Below are positions 9,422-19,791 of a stretch of DNA of 64,000 nucleotides, one piece after another. Source of the stretch: Candidatus Bipolaricaulis sibiricus (GTDB taxonomy: Bacteria; Bipolaricaulota; Bipolaricaulia; Bipolaricaulales; Bipolaricaulaceae). The stretch covers positions 1,106,153 to 1,170,152 of the forward strand of contig CP034928.1 in the NCBI GenBank assembly GCA_004102645.1, in the 5' to 3' direction. Positions within the stretch are counted from its first letter, which is position 1, and each line of letters opens with the position of its first letter. The notes under the pieces were generated by a model. The model made no database searches. It was given only the letters and a program-made list of their open reading frames with translations, and was not told the DNA's origin. The translations under genes were made by a program, and so were the position numbers.

Positions 9422-9601
9422 ATGGATCAGACTCCGGCGAGCCCGGAGTCGCAGCCCCAGCGGGCAAGGCCGCTCCAGCAGCGCCACCGGGGGCAGACCG
9501 TGGTCCGCGAACCGCCCGGACAGAACTCGATCGGCCACCTACGACAATCCGCAGTTCGTGTGGGTTCGGTCGGCTCCCCCAAGACCGGCAGCGCCGCGTG
9601 A
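9422..9601 (+). CDS. Possible 59-aa small protein (MDQTPASPESQPQR...)
   Basis: Strong SD GGAGAGGTGA 6 nt before ATG 9422. No recognisable domain. Confidence 0.25.
   Translation: MDQTPASPESQPQRARPLQQRHRGQTVVREPPGQNSIGHLRQSAVRVGSVGSPKTGSAA
9430..9450. terminator. GC-rich hairpin after the polyamine operon
   Basis: GACTCCGG-cgagc-CCGGAGTC is a perfect 8-bp stem with no U-tract. Confidence 0.35.
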
Positions 9602-9661
9602 CTCCCCCCAGTGGGGGTTCAGCCGTTCCCACCCGCGGCCGGAGGCCCTCGTGGTCCGTCC

Positions 9662-10597
9662 TCACCCCGGCTGCGAGGGTGAGGACGCGCGGGACAGCAG
9701 CGCCTGAACGTCCGCGGAAGCCGGCAGGGAGGCGATCCCTCCCCGTCGCGAGGCGGCCACGGCCGCGGCTGCGGTGGCGTAGCCCAGCGCTTCGTATGGG
9801 CCCCTCCCCGCAGCGAGCTTCACGGCCAACGCTGCGCAGAACGTCTCGGTGGCCCCGGTGGCGTCCACGACGGGAACCGCGCGAGGCGGGAACCGTGTGA
9901 CCCCTGCCTGCTCCACGAGGTAAGCCCCCTCGATGCCGAGGGTGATCACCACGTTCCGCACCCCACGGTCGAGAAACGCCTGGCTCACCCGCGCTGCGTC
10001 CTCCGTCGTCCCACTTGTCCACCCGGCCTGGACCTCCAACTCGTCGCGGCTCCCGACCGCGAAGTCGACCCGCTCCCACGTCAGGGGCGACGGAGGGCGC
10101 GCCGCGATGGGATGGAGAACCACGACCGGTCGCTCCCGCGGCAGGGCGCTCAACACGGCCTGCAACGTCGCCAGGGGAGCAGCGAGGTCGAGGAGGACTG
10201 CGTCTGCATCCCGGATGCGACTGATGTGCCGGGTGACGTACTCCCCGTCGAGCATCGCGTTCGCCCCCGGCGCGTGCGCCGCCAACTGGTGCCGGTTGGG
10301 GCCCACGAACACGAGGGACGCCCCCGTCGGGGCGGCGGCAGAACGCTCCACGGCACTGGGGTTGACCCCCGCCGCGGACAGGGCGGCCACGACCTCGTCG
10401 CCAAATGGATCCGCGCCGACACAGCCGTACATGCTCACCTCGGCTCCCAGGCGCGCCGCTGCAATCGCCTGCAAGGTGCCTGCCCCGCCGGGTTCGCGAA
10501 CGAGACCGCGGCTGGAGACCGTCTCGCCCGGTCGAGGAAGCCGGTCCACCTCGGCACGGAGGTGGACATCGAGGGTCCCCAGCACCGCGACCCTCAT
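9662..10597 (-). CDS. PfkB/ribokinase-family protein with degenerate catalytic motifs
   Basis: Motifs PRPGETV, PGGAGTLQAIAAARLG, VVITLGIEGA and VDATGATETF (canonical DTTGAGDTF). Confidence 0.85.
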   Translation of the reverse strand: MRVAVLGTLDVHLRAEVDRLPRPGETVSSRGLVREPGGAGTLQAIAAARLGAEVSMYGCVGADPFGDEVVAALSAAGVNPSAVERSAAAPTGASLVFVGPNRHQLAAHAPGANAMLDGEYVTRHISRIRDADAVLLDLAAPLATLQAVLSALPRERPVVVLHPIAARPPSPLTWERVDFAVGSRDELEVQAGWTSGTTEDAARVSQAFLDRGVRNVVITLGIEGAYLVEQAGVTRFPPRAVPVVDATGATETFCAALAVKLAAGRGPYEALGYATAAAAVAASRRGGIASLPASADVQALLSRASSPSQPG

Positions 10598-11922
10598 AGC
10601 GTCACGGCCTCGTACCACTCAGCGACATGGGGCCGGAGGCGGTGGGACGCGAGCCGCTGCGCGAGCGACCCAAACGCTGGGGGCTCGCCGTGGACGAGGA
10701 ACACCTCGCTCGGATCGGCGTGAAGCGTCCAGTCTACGAGAATCGGGAGGTCGGCGTGAGCCGAGAGGCCCTCGATCTTGTGAACCGAGGCACGTACTGG
10801 AACGATCGAGCCCAGCACCTCAACCCGCGACGCCCCGTCCTCGATCTCCCGGCCGAGCGTTCCCACGGCCTGGTAGCCGACGAATACCAACGCCGACTCC
10901 GGCCGGGGGAGGTTGTCGCGGAGGTGGTAGAGAATCCGCCCTCCTGTGCACATCCCAGAACCCGCGATGATGATCGCCCCCGAGTTCTCCCCGATCTTCT
11001 TCGAAGCCTGCCGGGTGAGGGTGTACTCCAAGAGCTCGAAATCGAACGGGTCCTCGCGCTTCTGGAACAGACGGCGTGCCGGTGCCGGAAACCGCTCCGT
11101 GTACCGCTCGAAGATCCGCGTCGCCTGAGTCGCGAGCGGGGAGTCGAGGAAGATGCGGCACGCGGGAATGGACCGCTCGCGCCACATCCGGAACAGGAGG
11201 TACAGGACCTCCTGGGTCCGCTCGAGGGCAAACGAGGGGATGACCACGTTGCCACCGGCGTCCAACGTGTCGACGATCACGTTGCGGAGCTGGGTGACGG
11301 ACTCCTCCACCGGAGGGTGCTCGCGGTCCCCGTAGGTGGACTCGAGAACAACCACGTCCGCCTTGGGCGGGTACGACGGATCCTCCACCAGCGGCTTCCC
11401 GCGGTTCCCGAGGTCGCCGGAAAACACGACGGTCTTCCCCTCCGCACGCAGCTCCACGGACGCCGCTCCGAGGATGTGGCCCGCATCGTGGAACCGGACC
11501 CGCACATCCCCGCCCAGCCGCAGCTCCTCCCCGTATTCGAGGGGCGTCTGGAACAGGTCGACGGCGGCCACCGCATCGGCAGCCGTGTACAGAGCGGCCT
11601 CGCCTTCCTCCTCCTGAATCCGCGCCGCATCCATGAGCATCACGTGAGCGATGTCCCGCGTCGGAGGCGTGCATGCCCCTCGCCCGCGGAATCCCTCCCG
11701 CACCAGGCGGGGGATCAGGCCGAGGTGGTCGAGATGGCCGTGGGTGAGCAAGACCCAGTCCACCTCTTTGGGGTCGAACGGAAACGGGGCGCAGTTGCGC
11801 TCCTCGAGCTCCGGCAGGCCCTGGAACATCCCGCAGTCGACGAGGATCTGTTGACCGTCCGTCTCAACGTGGAAGCACGAGCCGGTGACCGTGCCCGCCG
11901 CCCCGGCGAAGGTCAGCTTCAT
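10594..11922 (-). CDS. MBL-fold metallo-hydrolase, beta-CASP RNA-processing family
   Basis: Motifs LTHGHLDH, AGHILG, FSGDLG, ESTYG, SAHAD, VHGE. Start MKLTFAGAAG overlaps the upstream stop. Confidence 0.93.
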   Translation of the reverse strand: MKLTFAGAAGTVTGSCFHVETDGQQILVDCGMFQGLPELEERNCAPFPFDPKEVDWVLLTHGHLDHLGLIPRLVREGFRGRGACTPPTRDIAHVMLMDAARIQEEEGEAALYTAADAVAAVDLFQTPLEYGEELRLGGDVRVRFHDAGHILGAASVELRAEGKTVVFSGDLGNRGKPLVEDPSYPPKADVVVLESTYGDREHPPVEESVTQLRNVIVDTLDAGGNVVIPSFALERTQEVLYLLFRMWRERSIPACRIFLDSPLATQATRIFERYTERFPAPARRLFQKREDPFDFELLEYTLTRQASKKIGENSGAIIIAGSGMCTGGRILYHLRDNLPRPESALVFVGYQAVGTLGREIEDGASRVEVLGSIVPVRASVHKIEGLSAHADLPILVDWTLHADPSEVFLVHGEPPAFGSLAQRLASHRLRPHVAEWYEAVTL

Positions 11923-13553
11923 CGGTCGGTGGTCGCCCGCACCCCGCGGGCGACGGCCGTTGCCTCGCACCGCGCACACGGTGGCCCGCCGAGATGGGCG
12001 GCAAACTCGTCCCGGAACCCGGCAACCGCGGTGCGCACGGGAAGCGCAACCGACTGCCCGAGGGGACACAGCGAGGCAGCGCGCATCGCATCCACGATGG
12101 AGACCATCTGGTTCAGGGTCCGGTCATCGGCCTGTCCGCACTGCAGGGCCGACACGAGCCGCACCAGCACATCCGTTCCGCTTCGGCAGGGAGCGCACTG
12201 CCCGCACGACTCGTGGCGGAAGAAACGCAGCACGCTCGACAGCATGTCCACCACGCACGCCGACTCGTCGAGGACAAGGACCGCGCCGGACCCGAGCGCA
12301 GCCGCACGCTCGGCAAGGGAGTCGAAGTCAAGACGAACGTCGAGCTCGCTCGTTGGAAGAAACGCGCCGGCGGCCCCTCCCACGAGCACGCCCTTCAGGC
12401 TCCGGCCGGGGAGAAGCCCACCCCCCAACTCGTAGATCAGGGCACGCAGCGGGGTTCCCATCTCGACCTCGACAAGCCCGGAGTACCGTACGTTCCCCAG
12501 AATGGTGTACACCTTCGTGCCCGGACAGGTTGCCGTGCCGAGAGCGCGATACCACGCCGGGCCGTGACGGACGATGTCGGGGACGTTGGCGAGCGTCTCA
12601 ACGTTGTTCACGACCGTCGGCTTTCCCCACAGGCCGTGGGTCACGGGGTAGGGTGGCTTCATCCGGGGCCAGCCGCGCTTCCCCTCGAGTGATTCGAGCA
12701 GCGCTGTCTCCTCGCCGCACACGTAGGCCCCGGCGCCAGGACGAACCTCGATCCGAAACGCAAAGTCCGTGTCGAACACGCGATCGCCGAGGATGCCCAA
12801 CGCTTCGGCCTGAGCGATTGCGCGCTGCGTTCGGGCAATCGATAGGCCGTACTCGCCCCGGATGTAGACAATGCCCACGTGGGCACCCACTGCGTACCCG
12901 GCGAGGGCCATCCCTTCGAGGAGTTTGTGCGGATCTCCCTCGAGAATGAGCCGATCCTTGAATGTCCCCGGCTCGCCTTCGTCGGCGTTGCAGACCACGT
13001 AGCGCTCCGGGTCGGCTGCCGTGCGCACGGCCGACCACTTGATCCCCGTCGGGAAGCCCGCCCCACCGCGGCCCCGCAGCCCCGACCGTTTCACGAGGTC
13101 GAGGACAGCCTCGGGAGCCAGCTCCGTGACCGCCGTGCCGAGGGCCTCGTACCCCCCTTGAGCGATGTACTCCTCGATGCTCTCTGGATCAATGATCCCG
13201 CAGTTGGCGAGGACAACCCGCGTCTGGCGACCCAGAACGTCGGCGGGTCGGGCCACGGGAGCCGTCGTGGGAAGGCGCAGCCGGGCCACCGGACGGCCCT
13301 TGAGAAGGTGCTCCTCGACGATCGTTCGCGCGTCGGCCGGTGTGACATGGGCGTAGTACACGCCGTCGGGCTGAACTGCGAGGACGATCCCGTGTCCAGA
13401 GACCCCGAGGGAACCCGTCTCGATGACCTGGACCTCCGACTCGAGGCCAAGCTCCGCGACGGCCGTGCGCAGTGCGGACAACACACCGTCCACGCCTGCC
13501 AACCGGGCTTCATCATCCACCCCGACCAACACGTGCGCCCGCGCCAGCCTCAT
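11919..13553 (-). CDS. NADH-binding flavoprotein subunit NuoF/HoxF-like, copy 2 (short, non-bifurcating-type signature)
   Basis: [53 protein letters not shown] and SLCPLG. The N-terminal ferredoxin domain has no Cys and there is no C-terminal 2x[4Fe-4S] domain. Confidence 0.92.
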   Translation of the reverse strand: MRLARAHVLVGVDDEARLAGVDGVLSALRTAVAELGLESEVQVIETGSLGVSGHGIVLAVQPDGVYYAHVTPADARTIVEEHLLKGRPVARLRLPTTAPVARPADVLGRQTRVVLANCGIIDPESIEEYIAQGGYEALGTAVTELAPEAVLDLVKRSGLRGRGGAGFPTGIKWSAVRTAADPERYVVCNADEGEPGTFKDRLILEGDPHKLLEGMALAGYAVGAHVGIVYIRGEYGLSIARTQRAIAQAEALGILGDRVFDTDFAFRIEVRPGAGAYVCGEETALLESLEGKRGWPRMKPPYPVTHGLWGKPTVVNNVETLANVPDIVRHGPAWYRALGTATCPGTKVYTILGNVRYSGLVEVEMGTPLRALIYELGGGLLPGRSLKGVLVGGAAGAFLPTSELDVRLDFDSLAERAAALGSGAVLVLDESACVVDMLSSVLRFFRHESCGQCAPCRSGTDVLVRLVSALQCGQADDRTLNQMVSIVDAMRAASLCPLGQSVALPVRTAVAGFRDEFAAHLGGPPCARCEATAVARGVRATTDR

Positions 13554-14008
13554 CGTCCCTCCCGATACCGAACGAGCGTCTCCCGAACTCGTTCTGGCGT
13601 GAGATTGCCGACAACCTCGTCGTCCACCATCATCACCGGCGCCACGCCGCACGCCCCCAGACAGCTCGTCAGTTCAAGCGTGAACGCGCCGTCTTCTGTC
13701 GTCTCCCCGATGTCCACTCCGAGAAGCCGGCGCAGCTCGTCGAGCGCTGACCACGCTCCCGCGAGATGGCAGTTCGGGGAATCGCAGAGACGGATGATGT
13801 GCCGACCCCGCGGCCTGAGGCTGAACATCGAGTAGAAGGTTGCCGCGTCGTGAACCGCAGACAGGGGCAGACCGACGTGGGCTGCAGCCAACACAAGGTC
13901 CGCCTCCGTCAGATGGTGTCCCGCGTTCGCCAGCTGAAGGTCATGGAGGAGCGCGAGCAGCGCCTCCGGCGAGCGCGGATGCTGGGCGGCGATCGCTTCC
14001 TTGGTCAT
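13550..14008 (-). CDS. NuoE/HoxE-like [2Fe-2S] subunit, copy 2
   Basis: ATFYSMF, CDSPNC and CLGACGVAPVM. Confidence 0.92.
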   Translation of the reverse strand: MTKEAIAAQHPRSPEALLALLHDLQLANAGHHLTEADLVLAAAHVGLPLSAVHDAATFYSMFSLRPRGRHIIRLCDSPNCHLAGAWSALDELRRLLGVDIGETTEDGAFTLELTSCLGACGVAPVMMVDDEVVGNLTPERVRETLVRYREGR

Positions 14009-14019
14009 CGGTCCTCCCT

Positions 14020-15801
14020 TCACCGCGGCTCCTTCTTCACCGCGTCGAATGGACAGACATCGAAGCACGCTCCGCAGAGGATGCACAGATCGTCAACGAT
14101 CCGGTACGGGGGTTTCCCCGCCTTCCCCTGGGCTGCTCCGGTGGGACAGGCCCGGCGGCAGGCGTCGCACCCCCGACACGCATCGGCAACAACCACGTAC
14201 CGAACGAGATTAGGACAAACACCTGCCGGGCACGATCGATCGCGGATGTGGGCTCGGTACTCGTCGGCGAAGTAGCGGAGGGTGGAGAGCACAGGGTTAG
14301 GCGCGGTCTGGCCAAGCCCGCACAGGGACGCCTTCTTCATCATCTCTCCGATTTCGACAAGGCGCGTGAGGTCCTCCTCCGTGCCCTGGCCCTGCACGAT
14401 TCGGTCGAGAATCCCGAGCATCATCTGGGTTCCCACCCGGCACGGAACGCACTTCCCGCAGGACTCATCAGCGGTGAACTCGAGGAAGAACCGCGCCATG
14501 TTCACCATGCATGCCGCATCGTCGAGGATGATCACCCCGCCCGAGCCCATGATCGCCCCATGCTGGGATAGCGAATCGTAGTCCACCGGGACGTCGAGGA
14601 GCGACGCCGGCAGGCACCCGCCCGAGGGTCCGCCGATCTGCACGGCCTTGAACTCCCGCCCCGCCGGAACCCCACCCCCGATGTCGAACACGAGCTCGCG
14701 GAGGGTGATCCCCATCGGGACCTCGACGAGCCCCGTGTTCCTGATCTTGCCCGCCAGGGCGAACACCTTCGTCCCCTTGCTCTTCTCGGTCCCCACCGCG
14801 GCGAACGCCTCGGGCCCGCGGAGGAGGATGTGGCGAACATTGGCATAGGTCTCGACGTTGTTGATGAGGGTCGGCTTGCCCCACAGCCCGCTGGTGGCGG
14901 GATACGGAGGGCGCGGCCGCGGCTCGCCCCGCCGGCCCTCGATCGAGGCGATGAGCGCCGTCTCCTCTCCACACACGAATGCCCCCGCACCGATGCGAAC
15001 TTCGACGTCGAACGAGAAGTCGGTCTCGAAGATGTTCGCTCCCAGCAACCCCAGCTTCCGCGCCTGCCCCAGCGCGGTCTGGATCCGCTGCACCGCCAAC
15101 GGGTACTCGGCGCGGACGTAGATGTACCCGTGCGTCGCTCCGACGGCATAGGCAGCGATTGCCATTCCCTCGACGATCGCGTGGGGGTCCCCTTCCAAGA
15201 TCGCGCGGTCCATGAACGCCCCCGGGTCACCTTCATCGGCGTTGCAGACCACGTACTTCGGCGTGCCGGCCGCGGCCCGGACGAGCTCCCACTTCGTGCC
15301 GGTGGGGAATCCTGCCCCGCCCCGCCCCCGCAGGCCCGACTCCCGGATCGCCGCAATCACCTCGTGCGGCGCGAGAGACGTGACCGCCTTGCCTAGGGCC
15401 TCATACCCGCCGGCAGCGATGTACTCGTCGACTTTCTCGGGGTCGATCGTTCCGCAGTTGCCAAGCACAAGCTTGACCTGGCGGGCGAAGAACGGGATCT
15501 CGGTGGGTCGGGGAGCGCCCTCGGTCCACAGCAGGCGCCGCACGGGGCGGCCCTTCAGAAAGTGCTCGGTCACGATCTCCGAGGCATCCTCCGGCTTGAC
15601 CCGCACGTAGAACGTGCCCTCAGGGTACACAAGCAGGACCGGACCCAGCTCGCAGGGCCCCATGCAGCCAGTCTCCACGATCTGCACCTCGTCAAGAAGG
15701 TTGTGGAGGCCGAGGGCTTCAAGGAGAGCCCGCCTCACTCCTTCGCTTCCTGAGGACTGACAAGCGGTTCCCGAGCAGAGAAGGACCTGAATGCGCCTCA
15801 C
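14020..15801 (-). CDS. NADH-binding flavoprotein subunit HydB/HndC/HoxF-like, copy 1 (full length)
   Basis: N-terminal CSGTAC...TGCMGPC; [13 protein letters not shown]; IGGPSGGC; [10 protein letters not shown]; CPAGVC; C-terminal [12 protein letters not shown] and [12 protein letters not shown]. Confidence 0.95.
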   Translation of the reverse strand: MRRIQVLLCSGTACQSSGSEGVRRALLEALGLHNLLDEVQIVETGCMGPCELGPVLLVYPEGTFYVRVKPEDASEIVTEHFLKGRPVRRLLWTEGAPRPTEIPFFARQVKLVLGNCGTIDPEKVDEYIAAGGYEALGKAVTSLAPHEVIAAIRESGLRGRGGAGFPTGTKWELVRAAAGTPKYVVCNADEGDPGAFMDRAILEGDPHAIVEGMAIAAYAVGATHGYIYVRAEYPLAVQRIQTALGQARKLGLLGANIFETDFSFDVEVRIGAGAFVCGEETALIASIEGRRGEPRPRPPYPATSGLWGKPTLINNVETYANVRHILLRGPEAFAAVGTEKSKGTKVFALAGKIRNTGLVEVPMGITLRELVFDIGGGVPAGREFKAVQIGGPSGGCLPASLLDVPVDYDSLSQHGAIMGSGGVIILDDAACMVNMARFFLEFTADESCGKCVPCRVGTQMMLGILDRIVQGQGTEEDLTRLVEIGEMMKKASLCGLGQTAPNPVLSTLRYFADEYRAHIRDRSCPAGVCPNLVRYVVVADACRGCDACRRACPTGAAQGKAGKPPYRIVDDLCILCGACFDVCPFDAVKKEPR

Positions 15802-16226
15802 GGGCTCTCCCTCCCTCCCAGATAGGCTCGCAGGCGCCCAACGAGGGCCTCTGCGGCACGCCGCGTCCGCGGCGACAGGCCCTCACCCAGCGACAGGTCG
15901 CGCGCAGGGACAGTCACCAGCCACGCCTCCGGGGCGCGACCGAACAGGTGCTCCGCCCAGGCGAGAAGGCCGCGCGGAGTGAAGGCGTGGGTCAGGGCCG
16001 GTCGTTCTCCAGGCCGAATCTGCTCCCACCGCACGGGCCCGGACCCCACCCGCGAATCCACGAAGATGACGAGGTCAGCGACCGCAACCTGGGGGATCAG
16101 CTCCGGGGTCAGGTCTTGAGCGCCGACCACCTTCAGGTCGCCCGTGTTGGACAGACGGCTCGCGACCCACAACCCAACAGCATCGTCCCGCCGCAAGGGA
16201 TGACCAAGGCCGATGATGAGGATCAT
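15798..16226 (-). CDS. [NiFe]-hydrogenase maturation protease (HoxW/HycI-like)
   Basis: [27 protein letters not shown] and LGEGLS. Lies directly after the large subunit. Confidence 0.88.
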   Translation of the reverse strand: MILIIGLGHPLRRDDAVGLWVASRLSNTGDLKVVGAQDLTPELIPQVAVADLVIFVDSRVGSGPVRWEQIRPGERPALTHAFTPRGLLAWAEHLFGRAPEAWLVTVPARDLSLGEGLSPRTRRAAEALVGRLRAYLGGRESP

Positions 16227-17653
16227 GCGCCCCGCACCACCTCGTCGAGCAATTCCCCATCGGGCCCGAACAGAACCACCTTCAGCGGCATCTGCCCCAC
16301 CGCGTGCACCGAGCACGACAGGCAAGGGTCATAGGCACGAATGCCGCCCTCCATGCGGTTCAGAAGACCCTCGGTGATCTTCTGGCCGTCAAGATAGCGG
16401 TGGGCGATCTGGGTCATCGTGCGGTTCATGGCGAGGTTGTTGTGGCCCGTGGAGACAATGAGGTTGACCCGCTCGATCATCCCGTGCTCGTCCACGGTGT
16501 AGTGATGGAAGAGCGTCCCGCGCGGCGCCTCGTGTACCCCAACCCCCTCGCGCTCGTTGATCCCGGCCTCGGCGCGCACGCGCGCGGACAGGATGTCGGG
16601 ATCATCGAAGTAGATCCGAATTCGCTCCAGCGCGGCGACGATCTCGATGAGCCGTGCGTAGTGGTAGTGGAACGAGCTCGTCACCGCCTTCCCACCCGCC
16701 GTGGCCCGGAACCGCGCGAGGGCTTCGTCTGCGAGCGGGGTTCCGATGTGGTCACAGCAGTTGAGACGGGCAAGGGGACCGACCCGGTACACACCGTCGG
16801 GATACCCCTGCTCCCGGTAGAAGGGGAACTTCAGGTACGACCACCCCTCCACGGCCTCCCCGATGTAGTCGAGGTAGCGTGCAGGATCGAGATGGTCGGC
16901 AACGACCGTTCGCTCGGCGTCCACGATCCGGATCCGGCCGTCGTGGTGCTCCCAGGCACCGTTCGCCCCGACCAGCGACAGGAACAACGACGGGAAGTCG
17001 CCGAACGACCGGACCTCATCAGCCCACGCCGGGATGCTCTTCTCGTACAGCGCGAGGGCGTCCGTGGCGATGCGCATTGCCTCGGGCAACTTGGCCGCCA
17101 GTCGGTCCCTGGCCTCTGGGGTCAGCGGAGAGCGCACGCCGCCCGGGACCGCCCACGCCGGGTGGACCCGTTGCTCGCCGAGCGCGGCGATGATCTCCTG
17201 GCCAAACGCCCGCAGACGGATCCCATCCAACGCCAGCTGCGGGTTCACCGCCGCCAGGCCAAACACGTTCCGCGTAGCGGGTTCCGAGTCCCAGCCCAAC
17301 AGGAGGTCGGGGGAGGACAGATGGAAGAACGACAGAGCATGGGATTGGACGAACTGCCCGAGGTTCATCAACCGGCGAAGCTTGTCTGCAGGTCGGGGGG
17401 GGCGTACCGCCAGAATCGCGTCGCCCGCCTTCGCCGAGCACAGAAGGTGCGAAACCGGACAGATTCCGCAGGTTCGCGCCGTGATGGCCGGCATCTCCCA
17501 CAGGGTGCGGCCACGGCAGAACCGCTCGAACCCGCGCCCCTCGGTGACGTGAAACCGGGCTCGGCTCACCTTGCCGGCGCGGTTGAGCTCCACCGTGATC
17601 AGACCGTGACCTTCGATTCGCGTTACGGGTACCTTGATCTCGCGCACGGGCAC
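16223..17653 (-). CDS. hoxH: [NiFe]-hydrogenase large subunit (group 3d-like)
   Basis: VTRIEGHG; L1 motif [10 protein letters not shown]; [11 protein letters not shown]; L2 motif [10 protein letters not shown] followed by a cleavable tail AVGQMPL. Confidence 0.97.
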   Translation of the reverse strand: MPVREIKVPVTRIEGHGLITVELNRAGKVSRARFHVTEGRGFERFCRGRTLWEMPAITARTCGICPVSHLLCSAKAGDAILAVRPPRPADKLRRLMNLGQFVQSHALSFFHLSSPDLLLGWDSEPATRNVFGLAAVNPQLALDGIRLRAFGQEIIAALGEQRVHPAWAVPGGVRSPLTPEARDRLAAKLPEAMRIATDALALYEKSIPAWADEVRSFGDFPSLFLSLVGANGAWEHHDGRIRIVDAERTVVADHLDPARYLDYIGEAVEGWSYLKFPFYREQGYPDGVYRVGPLARLNCCDHIGTPLADEALARFRATAGGKAVTSSFHYHYARLIEIVAALERIRIYFDDPDILSARVRAEAGINEREGVGVHEAPRGTLFHHYTVDEHGMIERVNLIVSTGHNNLAMNRTMTQIAHRYLDGQKITEGLLNRMEGGIRAYDPCLSCSVHAVGQMPLKVVLFGPDGELLDEVVRGA

Positions 17654-17657
17654 CTCT

Positions 17658-18185
17658 CTAGCCGAACTTCAGGTCCGCGCCGGTAAGCTCAGGGCGCTTG
17701 CCGGCAAGGAGCGCCTGAAGGAATCTCCAGATGCGATCAGCGGACGGCGGGCAGCCCGGGATGAACCGGTCCACCTTGACGAAGGCGTGGATCGGAAGGG
17801 CCTGAGGGAGCATCTTGGGGACATCGCCCTCCTCGAGGCCCGGAATGTCCCCCTCGCCGTACACCTCCCGCAGCAGTTCCTCCCGTGGAATGGGGTTGCG
17901 GAGCGACGGAACATTGCCCGTTACCGCGCAATCGCCGAACGCGACGACGATCTTCGTCTTCCCCCGCATCTCCTCGAGCAGATGACGCTGCTCGCTGTTC
18001 CCGATCGCGCCCTCGACCAGGAGGACGTCGACGTCCTCTGGGTACTCCTTGATGTCCACGATCGGGGAGTAGACGAGGTCGACCTTCGCCGCCAACTCCA
18101 GCAGACGCTCGTCGAGGTCGAGGAACGACATGTGACAGCCCGAACACCCGGAGAACCACACCGAGGCAAGACGGACCTTAGGCAC
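17658..18185 (-). CDS. hoxY: [NiFe]-hydrogenase small subunit
   Basis: [30 protein letters not shown] and IPGCPP. Short form with the proximal cluster only. Confidence 0.95.
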   Translation of the reverse strand: MPKVRLASVWFSGCSGCHMSFLDLDERLLELAAKVDLVYSPIVDIKEYPEDVDVLLVEGAIGNSEQRHLLEEMRGKTKIVVAFGDCAVTGNVPSLRNPIPREELLREVYGEGDIPGLEEGDVPKMLPQALPIHAFVKVDRFIPGCPPSADRIWRFLQALLAGKRPELTGADLKFG

Positions 18186-18879
18186 GGGGCCTCCTTTCCG
18201 TGATCTCCGCAAGGACCTCGGGGCGCTTCTCCTGCTCAGCGGTCGCCTTCCCCTTCTCGAACAGCGCCCCCGTCGGGCAAGCCTGCACACACTTGCCGCA
18301 CCCAGTGCAGGTCCTCGACGTGCCCCACGGTTCCCCGAGGTCGGCCTCGACCAAGGTATGCACGCCCCGTCCGGCGAATCCCCAGGTGAACGCGCCCTCC
18401 ACATCCGCGCAGGCCCGAACACAGCGACCGCACAGGACGCACCGGTTGTGATCGAGCCCGTACTTGGCATGACTGACATCTACCCGCAGAGCAGGGAACC
18501 GATACGGGAAGCTCACATGGTCCATGCCCAGCTCGGTGGCGAGGTCCTGAAGCTCACAGTGTCCGTTTGACACGCAGAACGCGCAGATGTGGTTCCGCTC
18601 TGCGAACAGAAGCTCGAGCACCGTCCGACGGACCTCGGCCAGCCGGTCGGAGTGCGCGACCACGTCCAGCCCCTCCTGCGCAGGGGTGGCGCAGGCGGGA
18701 ACAAGCCGCCCGTTCCAGTTGCGAATCTCCACCAGGCACAGCCGACATGCGCCCACCGGGCACAATGCCTCCAAGTGGCACAGGGTGGGGATACGGATCC
18801 CCGCCTCGCGCGCGGCATCGAGGATCGTCTGCCCCGGTTGAGCCTGGACCGGGGTGTCATCAATGCGCAGGCTGATCAC
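18178..18879 (-). CDS. hoxU: Bidirectional hydrogenase Fe-S subunit (NuoG N-terminus-like)
   Basis: IPTLCH...GACRLC, HICAFC...C, CVLCGRCVRAC and CTGCGKCVQACP. Confidence 0.94.
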   Translation of the reverse strand: MISLRIDDTPVQAQPGQTILDAAREAGIRIPTLCHLEALCPVGACRLCLVEIRNWNGRLVPACATPAQEGLDVVAHSDRLAEVRRTVLELLFAERNHICAFCVSNGHCELQDLATELGMDHVSFPYRFPALRVDVSHAKYGLDHNRCVLCGRCVRACADVEGAFTWGFAGRGVHTLVEADLGEPWGTSRTCTGCGKCVQACPTGALFEKGKATAEQEKRPEVLAEITERRPRA

Positions 18880-19243
18880 CCTTCACCTCCCGCACTTCTA
18901 CCACACGCTCGGCAACCGGCCGTCCGTTGACAACGTGGTCAGCAACGATCCGCCGTGCGACCACCTCGTCCACCTCGCCGTAGATCGTGACTCGGCCTGG
19001 CTCGTGAACCTCGACGATCGGTTCCTGAGCGGCGAGCCCCTTCTCCCCGGTCTGGGTGACGATCACATCCCGCAGCTCGCGCCGGGCGACCTCATCCAGG
19101 ATCGCCCGCAGGGTCTGCCGGGCCCCGGCCGCGATGCCCGAGGTTCCCATCCCCACAACGACCTTGACCCGAGTGGCTCCACCCCGGAGACGGAGCTCGG
19201 CCTCCGCCCGTTCTCGGATCTTCCTTAGCTCATCGAGCTTCAT
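18860..19243 (-). CDS. Thioredoxin-like [2Fe-2S] ferredoxin homolog (HndB/HydD-like) lacking Cys ligands
   Basis: VVVGMGTSGIAAGA and QTGEKGLAAQEPIVEV occupy the positions of canonical GMGTCGIAAGA and TGCxGxC. Confidence 0.85.
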   Translation of the reverse strand: MKLDELRKIRERAEAELRLRGGATRVKVVVGMGTSGIAAGARQTLRAILDEVARRELRDVIVTQTGEKGLAAQEPIVEVHEPGRVTIYGEVDEVVARRIVADHVVNGRPVAERVVEVREVKGDQPAH

Positions 19244-19791
19244 CGCTCCTCCTTCAGCCCCGCAGCGTCCATACCTTCCCGAAGGCTCTGCTCCAAAAAA
19301 GAAAGCACCTCGGGGTGGGTCAGGGGGATGTCCCCGATGCGCTCACGGATCTCGTGCGTGCACAGCCGCCACGTCGTCTGATCATCGCTGAGCTCAACCG
19401 TAAACTCAACCCCGGGACTCGTGGCGATGAGGGGAACGAGCGTCCCCACGAGGTCCCCCAGCGGAGGGCGATCGGGGTGGTCCCAGCCGAACCGCGCGAC
19501 AACCCTGGTCCCCCGTTCGGGTCGCGGCTCCACGCAGCATGCCCCTCCCGTCCCCTCGGCGGTCTGGACGAGCAGGGGGAGGCCAAGGCCGATCTGAGCG
19601 CGGGGTTTCGTCGTGAAGAACGGGTCCGTGGCGCGGGCTCGCTGCGCCTCCGACATGCCAGACCCGTCATCGGAGACTTCGATCTGAAGAGCATCCCCTT
19701 TTCGGGCGACCGCAACGGTGATGTGGCGCGCCCCCGCCCGGAGGGAGTTCTCCACCAGGTCGGCCACGTGCATCGCCAGGTCCTCGATCAC
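19240..19791 (-). CDS. GHKL/HATPase_c ATP-binding protein
   Basis: DLVENSLRAGA, VSDDGSGM, DPFFTTK and IGLGL, with no HisKA domain. Confidence 0.88.
   Translation of the reverse strand: MIEDLAMHVADLVENSLRAGARHITVAVARKGDALQIEVSDDGSGMSEAQRARATDPFFTTKPRAQIGLGLPLLVQTAEGTGGACCVEPRPERGTRVVARFGWDHPDRPPLGDLVGTLVPLIATSPGVEFTVELSDDQTTWRLCTHEIRERIGDIPLTHPEVLSFLEQSLREGMDAAGLKEER

Noticed and set aside
9390-9661. tmRNA, SRP RNA, RNase P RNA or a known riboswitch starting GGGGCT
   Set aside because: There is no T-arm/CCA end, SRP loop motif or RNase P GAGGAAAGUCC signature.
16223-18185. Possible selenocysteine ([NiFeSe]) hydrogenase
   Set aside because: The L2 motif is DPCLSC encoded with Cys codons, and there is no in-frame TGA in hoxH or hoxY.
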